64,000 bases of DNA from a virus (taxonomy: Duplodnaviria; Heunggongvirae; Uroviricota; Caudoviricetes), in IMG/VR virus record IMGVR_UViG_3300028833_000001, positions 287,171-351,170 of that record; one strand, given 5' to 3'. The stretch's first letter is position 1; the number at the start of each line of letters is the position of its first letter. Under the pieces are notes generated by a model. It was not told where the DNA came from. It made no database searches and saw only the letters and a program-made list of their open reading frames with translations. Below are positions 45,639 through 54,001 of this stretch, in pieces. The translations under genes were made by a program, and so were the position numbers.

Positions 45639-46073
45639 ATGGCAAAACAATTAGTAAAACATTGGAAAGGTACTGCGTCATCATACAACTTTTTAAAACA
45701 AAACAACGCATTAAGTCCGTGGACAAGATATGTTGTTGTGGATGAACAAAGTGGAAACGTAATATCAGAATATTATGGAGAGAATGTAATTTCTGTTCCA
45801 GCAGGACAGTTATTACCAGTAAACGATATTGTTCCTGATATTTCATCAATTCCACAAAATAAAAATCCGTTTGACAGATATCTTGTCGGAACAAATGAAT
45901 TAGGATATTCATTAGTCGAATTCCAACCGATAAGTGGAGGAACACTTGTTATGACCACGACTGAATTTAATGAAAAATATGGTGTTAGAGTTGCTTCGCG
46001 AGGATATAAAAACTATATATACTTCAACAACCGATTAATTACGTACGATGACGTTGATTGTGGGACTTTTTAG
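45639..46073 (+). CDS. hypothetical fibre-associated protein ending in VDCGTF
   Basis: 144 aa, sharing the C-terminal DCGx[FY] motif with two fibres. Confidence 0.6.
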   Translation: MAKQLVKHWKGTASSYNFLKQNNALSPWTRYVVVDEQSGNVISEYYGENVISVPAGQLLPVNDIVPDISSIPQNKNPFDRYLVGTNELGYSLVEFQPISGGTLVMTTTEFNEKYGVRVASRGYKNYIYFNNRLITYDDVDCGTF

Positions 46074-46102
46074 TTCTATGTATTTTTTGTACTATTAATT
46101 TA

Positions 46103-46130
46103 AAACGTGCAATCGCACGTTTTTTTTTTG
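46103..46130 (+). terminator. intrinsic terminator
   Basis: AACGTGC-aatc-GCACGTT followed by a T-run. Confidence 0.8.
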
Positions 46131-46159
46131 TTACAAAAAATTTTTGTATCATAGATTTC

Positions 46160-47152
46160 GTGAGAAGAATTTATAATATATTGGTTAGTCTACTTGGTGA
46201 AAGTAAGCAAGGTTGGTATGATGATAATGAAACACAATACCAATTTAATTGTCCATTTTGTGCTGAAGAAAAAGGAGGAATTGACAACAAATATAATTTA
46301 GAGGTATCCTTTTCTCTTGGAAAATTTCATTGCTGGTCGTGTGGTAATGCTGGGTCAATATCTAAATTGATTAGAACAGTAGGAGGAAAAGAATTAGTTA
46401 GTGAATATTTCAGTATTATTCAAGAATTAAAAGAGTCGAATTATTATAATATCGACATGTTTAAAGATTATTCCGATATAACATCTGAAAAATTTTTAAA
46501 ATTGCCTAAAACATTTCAAAAAATCAACTTGAAAACAAATAGAGATAAACAATTAATATCTTATCTTGAAAAACGTAAAATAACACAAGGCATAATTGAT
46601 TTTTACAATATAGGTGCAACAAAATGGGATGGCGAGGATTACAAATGGAGAAATAGAATTATAATTCCATCATATAATCGCGCTGGTGAATTGAATTATT
46701 TTATAGGAAGGATATACAAAAATAACGATAAAAGAATTAAATATAGAAATTGCGATTTTGATAAAAATGAAATAATTTTACACGAAGACAAAATACAATG
46801 GGATGCCGATATATATTTGGTGGAAGGAGCAATAGACTGTATCTATTATCCAAATTCAATAGCCCTTATGGGAAAGGTTTTAACCAATAAAACATACCTT
46901 TATAAAAAACTGTATGAAAATGCTAATGCAAATGTTGTTATTTGTCTTGATGGAGATACAACTTTGTCTGAAATAAAGTCTGTTTATAAAATATTGAATC
47001 ACGGTAGGTTATATGGCAAAATAAAATATATTCAACTTGGAGAACCAAATACGCCATATAAAGATTTTGGTGAACTTTATGAAAATGAAGAAAAAAAAGG
47101 TATAATTAGAGTAATGAAAGAACAGAAATCCTTCAAGGATTTTGAATTATAA
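46160..47152 (+). CDS. DNA primase (zinc finger + TOPRIM)
   Basis: CPFC..FHCWSC zinc finger, RIIIP, LVEGAID, CLDGD and KDFGE. Start moved to the in-frame GTG at 46160 because a terminator lies in the longer ORF. Confidence 0.88.
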   Translation: MRRIYNILVSLLGESKQGWYDDNETQYQFNCPFCAEEKGGIDNKYNLEVSFSLGKFHCWSCGNAGSISKLIRTVGGKELVSEYFSIIQELKESNYYNIDMFKDYSDITSEKFLKLPKTFQKINLKTNRDKQLISYLEKRKITQGIIDFYNIGATKWDGEDYKWRNRIIIPSYNRAGELNYFIGRIYKNNDKRIKYRNCDFDKNEIILHEDKIQWDADIYLVEGAIDCIYYPNSIALMGKVLTNKTYLYKKLYENANANVVICLDGDTTLSEIKSVYKILNHGRLYGKIKYIQLGEPNTPYKDFGELYENEEKKGIIRVMKEQKSFKDFEL

Positions 47153-47186
47153 TTTATTTTTAGTAAAATTAAAAAAAAGATAAATT

Positions 47187-47402
47187 ATGTCAGAAAATAT
47201 TGTAGAAATAAGAAACGAAGATGCCAAAAATATAGTAATGTGTTGTGGTAACGTTGGTGTATTATCAATCGTTGATAACGATGAATTATCTGATAACCAT
47301 GATGTACAGTTGCGGCACAAAATGGCTTCAGACAAGGCAAAAAAATATGGAAACAGTCCAGAAGTTCAAGCAATTTATGCAAGAATATTTGGGCTAATTT
47401 AA
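47187..47402 (+). CDS. hypothetical small protein
   Basis: 71-aa ORF in the operon. Confidence 0.55.
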   Translation: MSENIVEIRNEDAKNIVMCCGNVGVLSIVDNDELSDNHDVQLRHKMASDKAKKYGNSPEVQAIYARIFGLI

Positions 47403-47416
47403 TTAAAATTTGGAAT

Positions 47417-47593
47417 ATGGGAAAAACTTGCGCAGATTGTGTGTATTTTAGTTGTGCTTTGTTTGTATGTTTTCATCCAGACAATGAGGGGAGGAGAGTG
47501 TTTCCAGACATTCCAGGATGTGGAAAACATAGAACAGAATTAAGCGAACAAGAAGAAAAAGAATTTAAAAATCAGTTATTTAATCAAGAATAG
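47417..47593 (+). CDS. small Cys-rich protein (58 aa), missed by the ORF track
   Basis: MGKTCADCVYFSCALFVCFHPDNEGRRVFPDIPGCGKH... fills the gap before sbcD. Confidence 0.6.
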   Translation: MGKTCADCVYFSCALFVCFHPDNEGRRVFPDIPGCGKHRTELSEQEEKEFKNQLFNQE

Positions 47594-47594
47594 T

Positions 47595-48443
47595 ATGGTA
47601 ACAAAAATAATTGCATGTTCAGATATTCATATACCATCGTTAAAGGGTATCGATTCGTTAAAAGAACATTTAAAGAAGTTTATTAAGAAATGCGCCAAAG
47701 TAGTTAAAGATGAGGGCGGTCCAGAAAATGTTAGAATTGTTGTTTGTGGTGATATTTTCCATTCCAAGCTAGCAATAACAAATGAATCAATACTTTGTGT
47801 TGATTGGTTTTTCAAAGAATTAGACAAGTTATGTAAAACATATATTATCGCTGGAAACCACGATATGCTGATGAACAATCTTGACAGGGTTGATTCTATT
47901 AGTTCATTATTTGAAATTGGTGACTATAAACAAGTTGTTTATCTTGACAAAGAATTAGGGTATAATTCTGGAATTTTACATGATGATAACATCAATTGGT
48001 GCTTATATTCTTCATTTTCAGGGTTTAATACACCAGATATTGAACCACATAAGGCATCAAACAAAAATTCAGAAAACGAAATTTATGTAGGGTTGATACA
48101 TGGCGACGTTAATGGGGCTATTACAGTTACAAACTATGTCACTGACCACGGAATCGACCCAGCTGTGTTCGATGGTTGTGACTTTGTGATTGCTGGACAT
48201 ATCCATAAACGACAGGAAATTAAAAAGAATGGCGTCAGAATAGTCTATTGCTCAAGCATAAAACAACGTGATTTTGGCGAATCAGTAACTGGACACGGAT
48301 ATGTTTTATGGGATGTCGAAGATAAAGATGATATTACATACAAATATGTTGATATTAAAGACAATGACGGTGGTTTCTTTAAATTTACCATCAAATCAAT
48401 AGAAGATATAGATAACGATAATGAAGAATTAATTAATTATTAA
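47595..48443 (+). CDS. sbcD: SbcD/Mre11-like metallophosphoesterase nuclease (gp47-like)
   Basis: SDIH, GDIFH, AGNHD, HG and GHIHKRQ motifs, plus Q.DFGE. Confidence 0.88.
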   Translation: MVTKIIACSDIHIPSLKGIDSLKEHLKKFIKKCAKVVKDEGGPENVRIVVCGDIFHSKLAITNESILCVDWFFKELDKLCKTYIIAGNHDMLMNNLDRVDSISSLFEIGDYKQVVYLDKELGYNSGILHDDNINWCLYSSFSGFNTPDIEPHKASNKNSENEIYVGLIHGDVNGAITVTNYVTDHGIDPAVFDGCDFVIAGHIHKRQEIKKNGVRIVYCSSIKQRDFGESVTGHGYVLWDVEDKDDITYKYVDIKDNDGGFFKFTIKSIEDIDNDNEELINY

Positions 48444-48459
48444 CAAAATACATAAATTT

Positions 48460-49143
48460 ATGAATGATTTTAGAAAATTTGCTGTTAGCAACAATGTGAA
48501 TGGAAATACTCTTGATAGTTACACGAAAAAGGTTAATAGTATTATCAGTCCTACAATTATTGAAGAACGACAGCTTAATGCTGTAACAATTGATGTTTTT
48601 TCCGCGTTGATTAGAGAGAGAATTATTTTTTTAGGGACAGCTATTGATAACGATGTAGCAAATATTGTTAATTCACAATTAATGTATTTGAATTCGCTGG
48701 ATAATGAAACGCCAGTTAAACTGTTCATAAACAGTTGCGGAGGCGTAATCGACTCTGGCTTAGCAATATATGATGTCATGAACTGGGTTGATTGTGGCGT
48801 TGAGACCTATGTTATGGGTATGGCAGCATCAATGGCATCTGTGTTATCTTCCTCTGGAATGAAAGGTCATAGGTATGCACTGAAAAACAGTAGAATTATG
48901 ATTCATCAACCTATGATGGGAATTCCTCCTGGCACACAGGAATCTGATATTGCTATTGCATATAATGAAATTAGAAAAGATAAGGAATTGTTACTTGGAA
49001 TTCTTGCTGAAAACTGCGGAAAAACCATAGAAGAACTTAGAGCTGACGCAGACAGAGACCATTGGCTTACTCCAAGCGAGGCGCTTCCTGGTGTTTATGG
49101 TGAATTTGGACTTATTGATGAAATTATCACCAAGAAAAAATAA
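48460..49143 (+). CDS. clpP: ATP-dependent Clp protease proteolytic subunit
   Basis: ERIIFLG, INS.GG, AASMAS (Ser), IMIHQP (His), DRD (Asp) and FGLIDEI. Confidence 0.95.
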   Translation: MNDFRKFAVSNNVNGNTLDSYTKKVNSIISPTIIEERQLNAVTIDVFSALIRERIIFLGTAIDNDVANIVNSQLMYLNSLDNETPVKLFINSCGGVIDSGLAIYDVMNWVDCGVETYVMGMAASMASVLSSSGMKGHRYALKNSRIMIHQPMMGIPPGTQESDIAIAYNEIRKDKELLLGILAENCGKTIEELRADADRDHWLTPSEALPGVYGEFGLIDEIITKKK

Positions 49144-49147
49144 ATAA

Positions 49148-49729
49148 ATGAATACAATTGAACAATTAAAGGAAAAGCACGAACTTGTGAAAAATAATCC
49201 ATATTGGGTTAATTTCGATGAGAAATATCTTCCAGGGATGCTTAATTTGTTCAGAGATATGGTGAATAATGTTTGGGGCACTGGTGATACTTCAAATCCG
49301 TATTATGTAATTCTTCGATGCTGCACACATGATGTAAATGCAATGATTTCCACAATTCAATATATGATTGAGGAAGAAAAAGAATTTACAAAGGATGAGT
49401 TTGGAAATGTTATCACAGCGTTACAGACTTTTCTTACAAATGTACACGCTTTCGTGAATGGAGACAGGGCGAAAGATAATGTGATTGGTTATCTTTTCAC
49501 ATTTGACAAAAGTGGTTTGCGTAAATACAAGTCAGTTTATGACAACGAAAAAAACGAATGGAGAGCTTTTAATATTATCAAGCCAACCGATATTGAAAAA
49601 GTCAGAAAAATGGTTAAACCATATCTGAAACTGAAAGACACAAGAGCGGTGAAACAATGGGCCGCTGAATGTATAGATGATATAGATTCTGGAAAAAAAA
49701 TTATTGGCGGCTGTTATATGATTGAATAA
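49148..49729 (+). CDS. hypothetical protein
   Basis: 193-aa ORF. Confidence 0.65.
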   Translation: MNTIEQLKEKHELVKNNPYWVNFDEKYLPGMLNLFRDMVNNVWGTGDTSNPYYVILRCCTHDVNAMISTIQYMIEEEKEFTKDEFGNVITALQTFLTNVHAFVNGDRAKDNVIGYLFTFDKSGLRKYKSVYDNEKNEWRAFNIIKPTDIEKVRKMVKPYLKLKDTRAVKQWAAECIDDIDSGKKIIGGCYMIE

Positions 49730-49747
49730 TAAACAAAATAAAAATAT

Positions 49748-51367
49748 ATGATAAAAATTATTGTTGCAGTAGGTAATTATATCCCAGAAAAGGGGTTTCC
49801 AATTGGAAAAAACGGTGGCTTGGCCTGGAATTTTCCAGAAGACCTTAAATGGTTCAGAAAAACAACTGAACACAATATAGTTGTAATGGGCAGAAACACG
49901 TATAAATCATTCGGAGGTAAGCCATTACAGAATAGAGACAATTATATAGTTTCAAATTCAATGACCGAAATCCCAGAAGGATTTTGCGGGATTTTGCACA
50001 GCATTGATGAAATTGTTGACTTATCTAAAAACCAAATAGGAGACGTGTATATTATTGGTGGCGCAGAGTTATACAGGTCAGTTCTTGACGCTGATATTGT
50101 TGATGAAGTTTTAAACGACTTTATTGATGTTGAAGTTCCAGATGCAGACACATTTTTCCAGCCTTTGGATTTGAATAAGTGGAAAATTGATGAAGAGGGT
50201 ATAAGATTAAGCGATAAATGCACTGTCAATACATTTAAACATGCAAAATTTTTTAATGATGTTGATGAACAATATTTGAATTTGGTGCAAGATGTTATAG
50301 TTAATGGTGAATTGAAAGAAACACGGGCTGGAATGACAAGGTCTGTTTTTGGAAAGCAACTTCGTTTCAACCTTAAAAATGGTTTGCCATTGCTAACAAC
50401 AAAAAAAGTTTACACAAACGGTATCATTCATGAACTTATTTGGTTCCTTAAAGGCGATACGAATATTAAATATCTTGTTGACAATAATGTGCATATATGG
50501 GATGATGACGCATACAGATATTATCTTGAGCTTGTTGAAAAAAACAACGAAGTCTTTAAATGTGATGACACACCATTGTTGAATGCTCATTACTTTGAGC
50601 CTATCACAAAGGAAGAGTTCTTGAAAGCTGTCATTGAAGAAAAAGACTGTTGGTTATACCTGGATAGATTGGCTGGTTTTATGTCATACTATCCAAACAA
50701 CTATTATATTCATTATAAATTTGGCGACCTTGGTCCTGTTTATGGTGAACAATGGAGAAACTGGTATGGCGTTGACCAAATAAAGACAGTTATTGAAACA
50801 TTAAGAACAAATCCAGATGACAGAAGAATGATTGTCTCTGCTTGGAATGTTAAAGAATTGGATAAAATGGCTCTTCCTCCTTGTCATTACTCATTTCAAT
50901 TTTATACAAAAAAAATGGATATTGTAGAAAGAATGAATTGGGCCTTAGAACATAATTTAAATTGTTGGGATGAAAAATCTTTGGATGACAATAATGTACC
51001 TTCACGGAAATTAAGTTGCCTCTGGAATCAACGTAGTGTAGATTCAATATGCGGATTGCCGTTCAATATAGCATCATATGCAATTCTTACTTATATGATT
51101 GCACAATGCTGTAATATGAAACCAGATGAATTGATATTTAATGGTGGAGACGTTCATGTATATGAAAACCATATAGAAGCATTTACAGAACAATTATACA
51201 GAAATCCACATAAATATGCATTACCACAATTGGAGCTTAATCCAAACGTAAAAGAAATTGATGATTTTAGGGCATATGATATTAAAATAGTTGGATATCA
51301 ATCATACCCAGCGATAAAATATCAATTAAATGTAGGCCTAAATAATAACAATGGCGAAGCTAAATAA
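49748..51367 (+). CDS. thyA: bifunctional dihydrofolate reductase-thymidylate synthase
   Basis: N-terminal DHFR (IGKNGGLAW..PEDLKWF, VVMGRNT, IIGGAELY, DTFF) in frame with ThyA (LPPCH, QRSVD, GLPFNIASY, GDVHVY). Confidence 0.95.
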   Translation: MIKIIVAVGNYIPEKGFPIGKNGGLAWNFPEDLKWFRKTTEHNIVVMGRNTYKSFGGKPLQNRDNYIVSNSMTEIPEGFCGILHSIDEIVDLSKNQIGDVYIIGGAELYRSVLDADIVDEVLNDFIDVEVPDADTFFQPLDLNKWKIDEEGIRLSDKCTVNTFKHAKFFNDVDEQYLNLVQDVIVNGELKETRAGMTRSVFGKQLRFNLKNGLPLLTTKKVYTNGIIHELIWFLKGDTNIKYLVDNNVHIWDDDAYRYYLELVEKNNEVFKCDDTPLLNAHYFEPITKEEFLKAVIEEKDCWLYLDRLAGFMSYYPNNYYIHYKFGDLGPVYGEQWRNWYGVDQIKTVIETLRTNPDDRRMIVSAWNVKELDKMALPPCHYSFQFYTKKMDIVERMNWALEHNLNCWDEKSLDDNNVPSRKLSCLWNQRSVDSICGLPFNIASYAILTYMIAQCCNMKPDELIFNGGDVHVYENHIEAFTEQLYRNPHKYALPQLELNPNVKEIDDFRAYDIKIVGYQSYPAIKYQLNVGLNNNNGEAK

Positions 51368-51380
51368 GCTTCGCTTTTTT
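51354..51380. terminator. intrinsic terminator
   Basis: GCGAAGCT-aaata-AGCTTCGC followed by a T-run. Confidence 0.8.
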
Positions 51381-51381
51381 A

Positions 51382-51522
51382 TTAAATGGGCCTTTTGTAG
51401 ATTATCCTACGTTGTACGTTCTTGCGAGGGCCAGTAGCAGAACTAACTGGCTTTTTCTTTACTACTTGCTTTCCAGCAACAATTTGTTTTCCAGATGACC
51501 CACCTTTACATGAACATGCCAT
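51382..51522 (-). CDS. small basic protein MACSCKGG... (46 aa), missed by the ORF track
   Basis: Clean ATG..TAA, preceded by a TATTTAT motif at 51554-51560 (- strand). Confidence 0.6.
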   Translation of the reverse strand: MACSCKGGSSGKQIVAGKQVVKKKPVSSATGPRKNVQRRIIYKRPI

Positions 51523-51642
51523 TTCTTTAAGTATTAATATTCTTATTCACAAGATAAATATATCACATTTGTGAAAAAATTTTGTTTTTTCGTAAAAAAA
51601 ATATAGAATAGCCATAAACGTGTTTAATTAATAAAAATTAAT

Positions 51643-52263
51643 ATGGAAAAATTATTTTACAAATGGCTTAGTAGCAGTAAGTATTTGAAGTTTCATCAAG
51701 AAATAAAAAACGCTTTACGCGTTATTAATGAATATAAACTTTATGAATCGCCAAAATTCTTTTCTGAAAATATTCAATTTGATAAAAACAATGAAACCTG
51801 TCTGATTGATTCTTCAAGTGAAAGTATTACTATTTGTAAAACTGTTGTTGAGTCTAAACAATCATATAACATATTTATCGGCAACATTCAAATTAGAGTT
51901 GAAGAAAATAATATTAATAAAGAACAGGTATATAGTATCCATATTAAAGAAAATAATGGGTTAAACTGGGAAATTAAAAGAAATGACGAAGATTTGGATT
52001 ATTGGGACTATTCACACCCGACAAACAAAACACTTAGAATTTTTGTTTGGTATGATGTACCAGTGTTAAACATCGCTCGTTCTGTTGGAGAAGTTTATGA
52101 AGCTGGAAACTGGAATAAGTATGTGTGCAAAACAATCGACTTTTTTACTACTGAAATTGATAAATGCACAGACTCATCAAGTTTCAACACAATGTATGAA
52201 GAATCGGATTGGGAAAATTTCAAAAATTGGTTTAAAAATTTGTTCAATAAAAAACAAATGTAA
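51643..52263 (+). CDS. hypothetical protein
   Basis: 206-aa ORF. Confidence 0.65.
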   Translation: MEKLFYKWLSSSKYLKFHQEIKNALRVINEYKLYESPKFFSENIQFDKNNETCLIDSSSESITICKTVVESKQSYNIFIGNIQIRVEENNINKEQVYSIHIKENNGLNWEIKRNDEDLDYWDYSHPTNKTLRIFVWYDVPVLNIARSVGEVYEAGNWNKYVCKTIDFFTTEIDKCTDSSSFNTMYEESDWENFKNWFKNLFNKKQM

Positions 52264-52379
52264 TAATAAATCAAATATGAAAAATACGATAGAATAATTT
52301 AAAAAAAAAACTTGATTTTTTTAAAAAATAATACTATTTATATTTTTGAAATCACATAAGAATTTTATATCATTGAAAT

Positions 52380-52505
52380 ATGTTAAATAACATCTTTAGG
52401 AATATAGACCCATTATATTTGGACGCCCATAACGGTATCCAACAAGAAAGTCTTGTTCCAACAAGAGCAAAAAATGAAAAACGTCTGAGGATGGTGGGAA
52501 AGTAA
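52380..52505 (+). CDS. possible 41-aa small ORF
   Basis: MLNNIFRNIDPLYLDAHNGIQQESLVPTRAKNEKRLRMVGK, followed by a strong terminator. Confidence 0.35.
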   Translation: MLNNIFRNIDPLYLDAHNGIQQESLVPTRAKNEKRLRMVGK

Positions 52506-52549
52506 ACAAACACAAAAACACATAGGTTTCTAACCACAACATATTTACC

Positions 52550-52590
52550 ACCACTGAAGACAATATAGAACATGTTTCAGTGGTTTTTTT
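52550..52590 (+). terminator. intrinsic terminator
   Basis: ACCACTGAAGACA...TGTTTCAGTGGT followed by a T-run. Confidence 0.85.
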
Positions 52591-52610
52591 ATGCCTGAAC
52601 CTATGTAAAC

Positions 52611-52691
52611 TGTCATTTTGACGTATTAAATGTCAATTTGGCACATAAGCATGACAAAATGCCATAAATTTAAATTGGCATGATGTTTGCA
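52611..52691 (+). promoter_or_regulatory. sigma-54 (-24/-12) promoter with upstream TGNCA-n3-TGNCA boxes
   Basis: TTGGCATGATGTTTGCA at 52675-52691. Boxes TGTCATTTTGAC, TGTCAATTTGGCA and TGACAAAATGCCA lie upstream. Confidence 0.65.
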
Positions 52692-52709
52692 TAAATAAAA
52701 AAACGACAT

Positions 52710-52782
52710 GGTGCCGTTAGCTCAGTGGGTAGAGCGCATGTCTGTGGAACATGAGGCGTTGGTTCAAATCCAACACGGCACC
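52710..52782 (+). tRNA. trnH: tRNA-His(GTG)
   Basis: Cloverleaf with G-1/C73 and anticodon loop CTGTGGA. Confidence 0.95.
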
Positions 52783-52794
52783 CGAAAAAAAAAG

Positions 52795-52852
52795 TTTGGA
52801 AGTTTAAAAAAAGATTTGTAATCTTACAAACACAAACGAGAGTTCTTTGAAA
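52795..52852 (+). promoter_or_regulatory. Bacteroidota-like promoter (TTTG...TAATCTTAC) plus boxA-like GTTCTTTGAAA
   Basis: A near-identical arrangement recurs at 53611-53643 and 53736-53747. Confidence 0.5.
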
Positions 52853-52865
52853 AAATTGAAATATA

Positions 52866-53310
52866 AAGTGATTGTGAGAATGATAGCAAAACAACTATCA
52901 TGCATAGGCGAGAAATCCCTATGTAGAATCTCCTAAATTCGGTAGAATCCTTAAAGGCGTTAGCCTTCGTAAGAGAGAAAATATGTAACCTCACTAAACA
53001 ATAATGTGGAAGGACTAACCGAGCGAAAATGTAATGCGGAATTTCAATAAGTTAGGAAGATATTACATAATCGTGTAGAGGCCAAACGGGAGATACCTAA
53101 GTTGGAATTTGTATAATTGAGGGATAGCGCAAGCAAGTATGTTTTCTTTTAACAGTTAACAGAACAATCAAATTATACATCTTGCAAGAATTCCAATATG
53201 GTAAGATGGTCCAGGCCACAACAACACTACAAGCAGTGTCGAAACCAGACATAAGTACTGTTGTAACAAAGTGTTGGCTATGATAACATAGTGTGGCATC
53301 ACAATTACTT
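52866..53310 (+). ncRNA. group I intron-like RNA, free-standing (no exons found)
   Basis: P3 ATCTCC/GGAGAT, P4 TTCGG/CCGAG, P6 CGA/TCG, P7 GAGGCCA/TGGTCC, P8 TACC/GGTA and P9 GCCAC/GTGGC. Closed by a terminal helix AAGTGATTGTGA/TCACAATTACTT. Confidence 0.75.
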
Positions 53311-53316
53311 TTACTT

Positions 53317-53389
53317 GCGCCCGTAACTCAGCTGGTAGAGTACATCCCTTTTAAGGATGGAGTCGTGGGTTCGAATCCCACCGAGCGCA
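53317..53389 (+). tRNA. trnK: tRNA-Lys(TTT)
   Basis: Cloverleaf with CATCC-CTTTTAA-GGATG. Confidence 0.95.
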
Positions 53390-53416
53390 CAATAATAAAT
53401 TTAAAATTATAATAAA

Positions 53417-53594
53417 ATGGAAGACGGGGCAAAAATTAAAAGAGTATCTTAAAAAAGAATTTGAATGGAATAATCATAAGAAGTATAGGAAATATTTTGA
53501 TGAATGGTATTCAAATTTAACAGAAAATCAAATACTATATTATAAAAGTTATTCTATTGGACAGAAATCACCATGGATTAAAATTGACAAATAA
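53417..53594 (+). pseudogene. small ORF with apparent frameshift in an A5 run
   Basis: ATG GAA GAC GGG GCA AAA A then stops. The shifted frame reads LKEYLKKEFEWNNHKKYRKYFDEWY...IDK*. Confidence 0.35.
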
Positions 53595-53654
53595 AAAAAA
53601 TGTAAGAAGATTTGGAAAATTTAAATTTAAATTGTATTCTTACATAGCGTTGAA

Positions 53655-53727
53655 CGGGTAGTGGCGCAGTTGGTAGCGCGCTTCATTTGGGATGAAGGGG
53701 TCGCAGGTTCGAGTCCTGTCTACCCGA
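53655..53727 (+). tRNA. trnP: tRNA-Pro(TGG)
   Basis: Cloverleaf with CTTCA-TTTGGGA-TGAAG. Confidence 0.95.
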
Positions 53728-53811
53728 CAAAAAAAGTTCTTTGACATATTGGAGAGAAGCTATTGAAATATATGTGGTAAAAACAATTTTTTGTTTTTAA
53801 AGCCAAATTAT

Positions 53812-53848
53812 ATCGTATAGTGGGCCTTTGTCTGCTGTACGATTTTTT
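53812..53848 (+). terminator. terminator-like hairpin inside the tRNA array
   Basis: 14-bp hairpin ATCGTATAGTGGGC/GTCTGCTGTACGAT followed by a T-run. Confidence 0.55.
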
Positions 53849-53849
53849 C

Positions 53850-53939
53850 GGAGGGGTGGCCGAGTGGTTTAAGGCAGCGGTCTTGAAAACCGCCGAGGTG
53901 TAACAGCCTCCGTGGGTTCGAATCCCACCCCCTCCGCCA
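53850..53939 (+). tRNA. trnS: tRNA-Ser(TGA)
   Basis: Long variable arm, loop CTTGAAA, encoded CCA. Confidence 0.95.
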
Positions 53940-54001
53940 TAATATAATGAAAACGTATATACATTTTGATTATCACAAATATTTATTAATAAACCAATAC
54001 T

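Noticed and set aside
46058-46159. N-terminal extension of the primase as given by the ORF track
   Set aside because: It overlaps the upstream gene's stop codon and a terminator hairpin, so a later start is more plausible.
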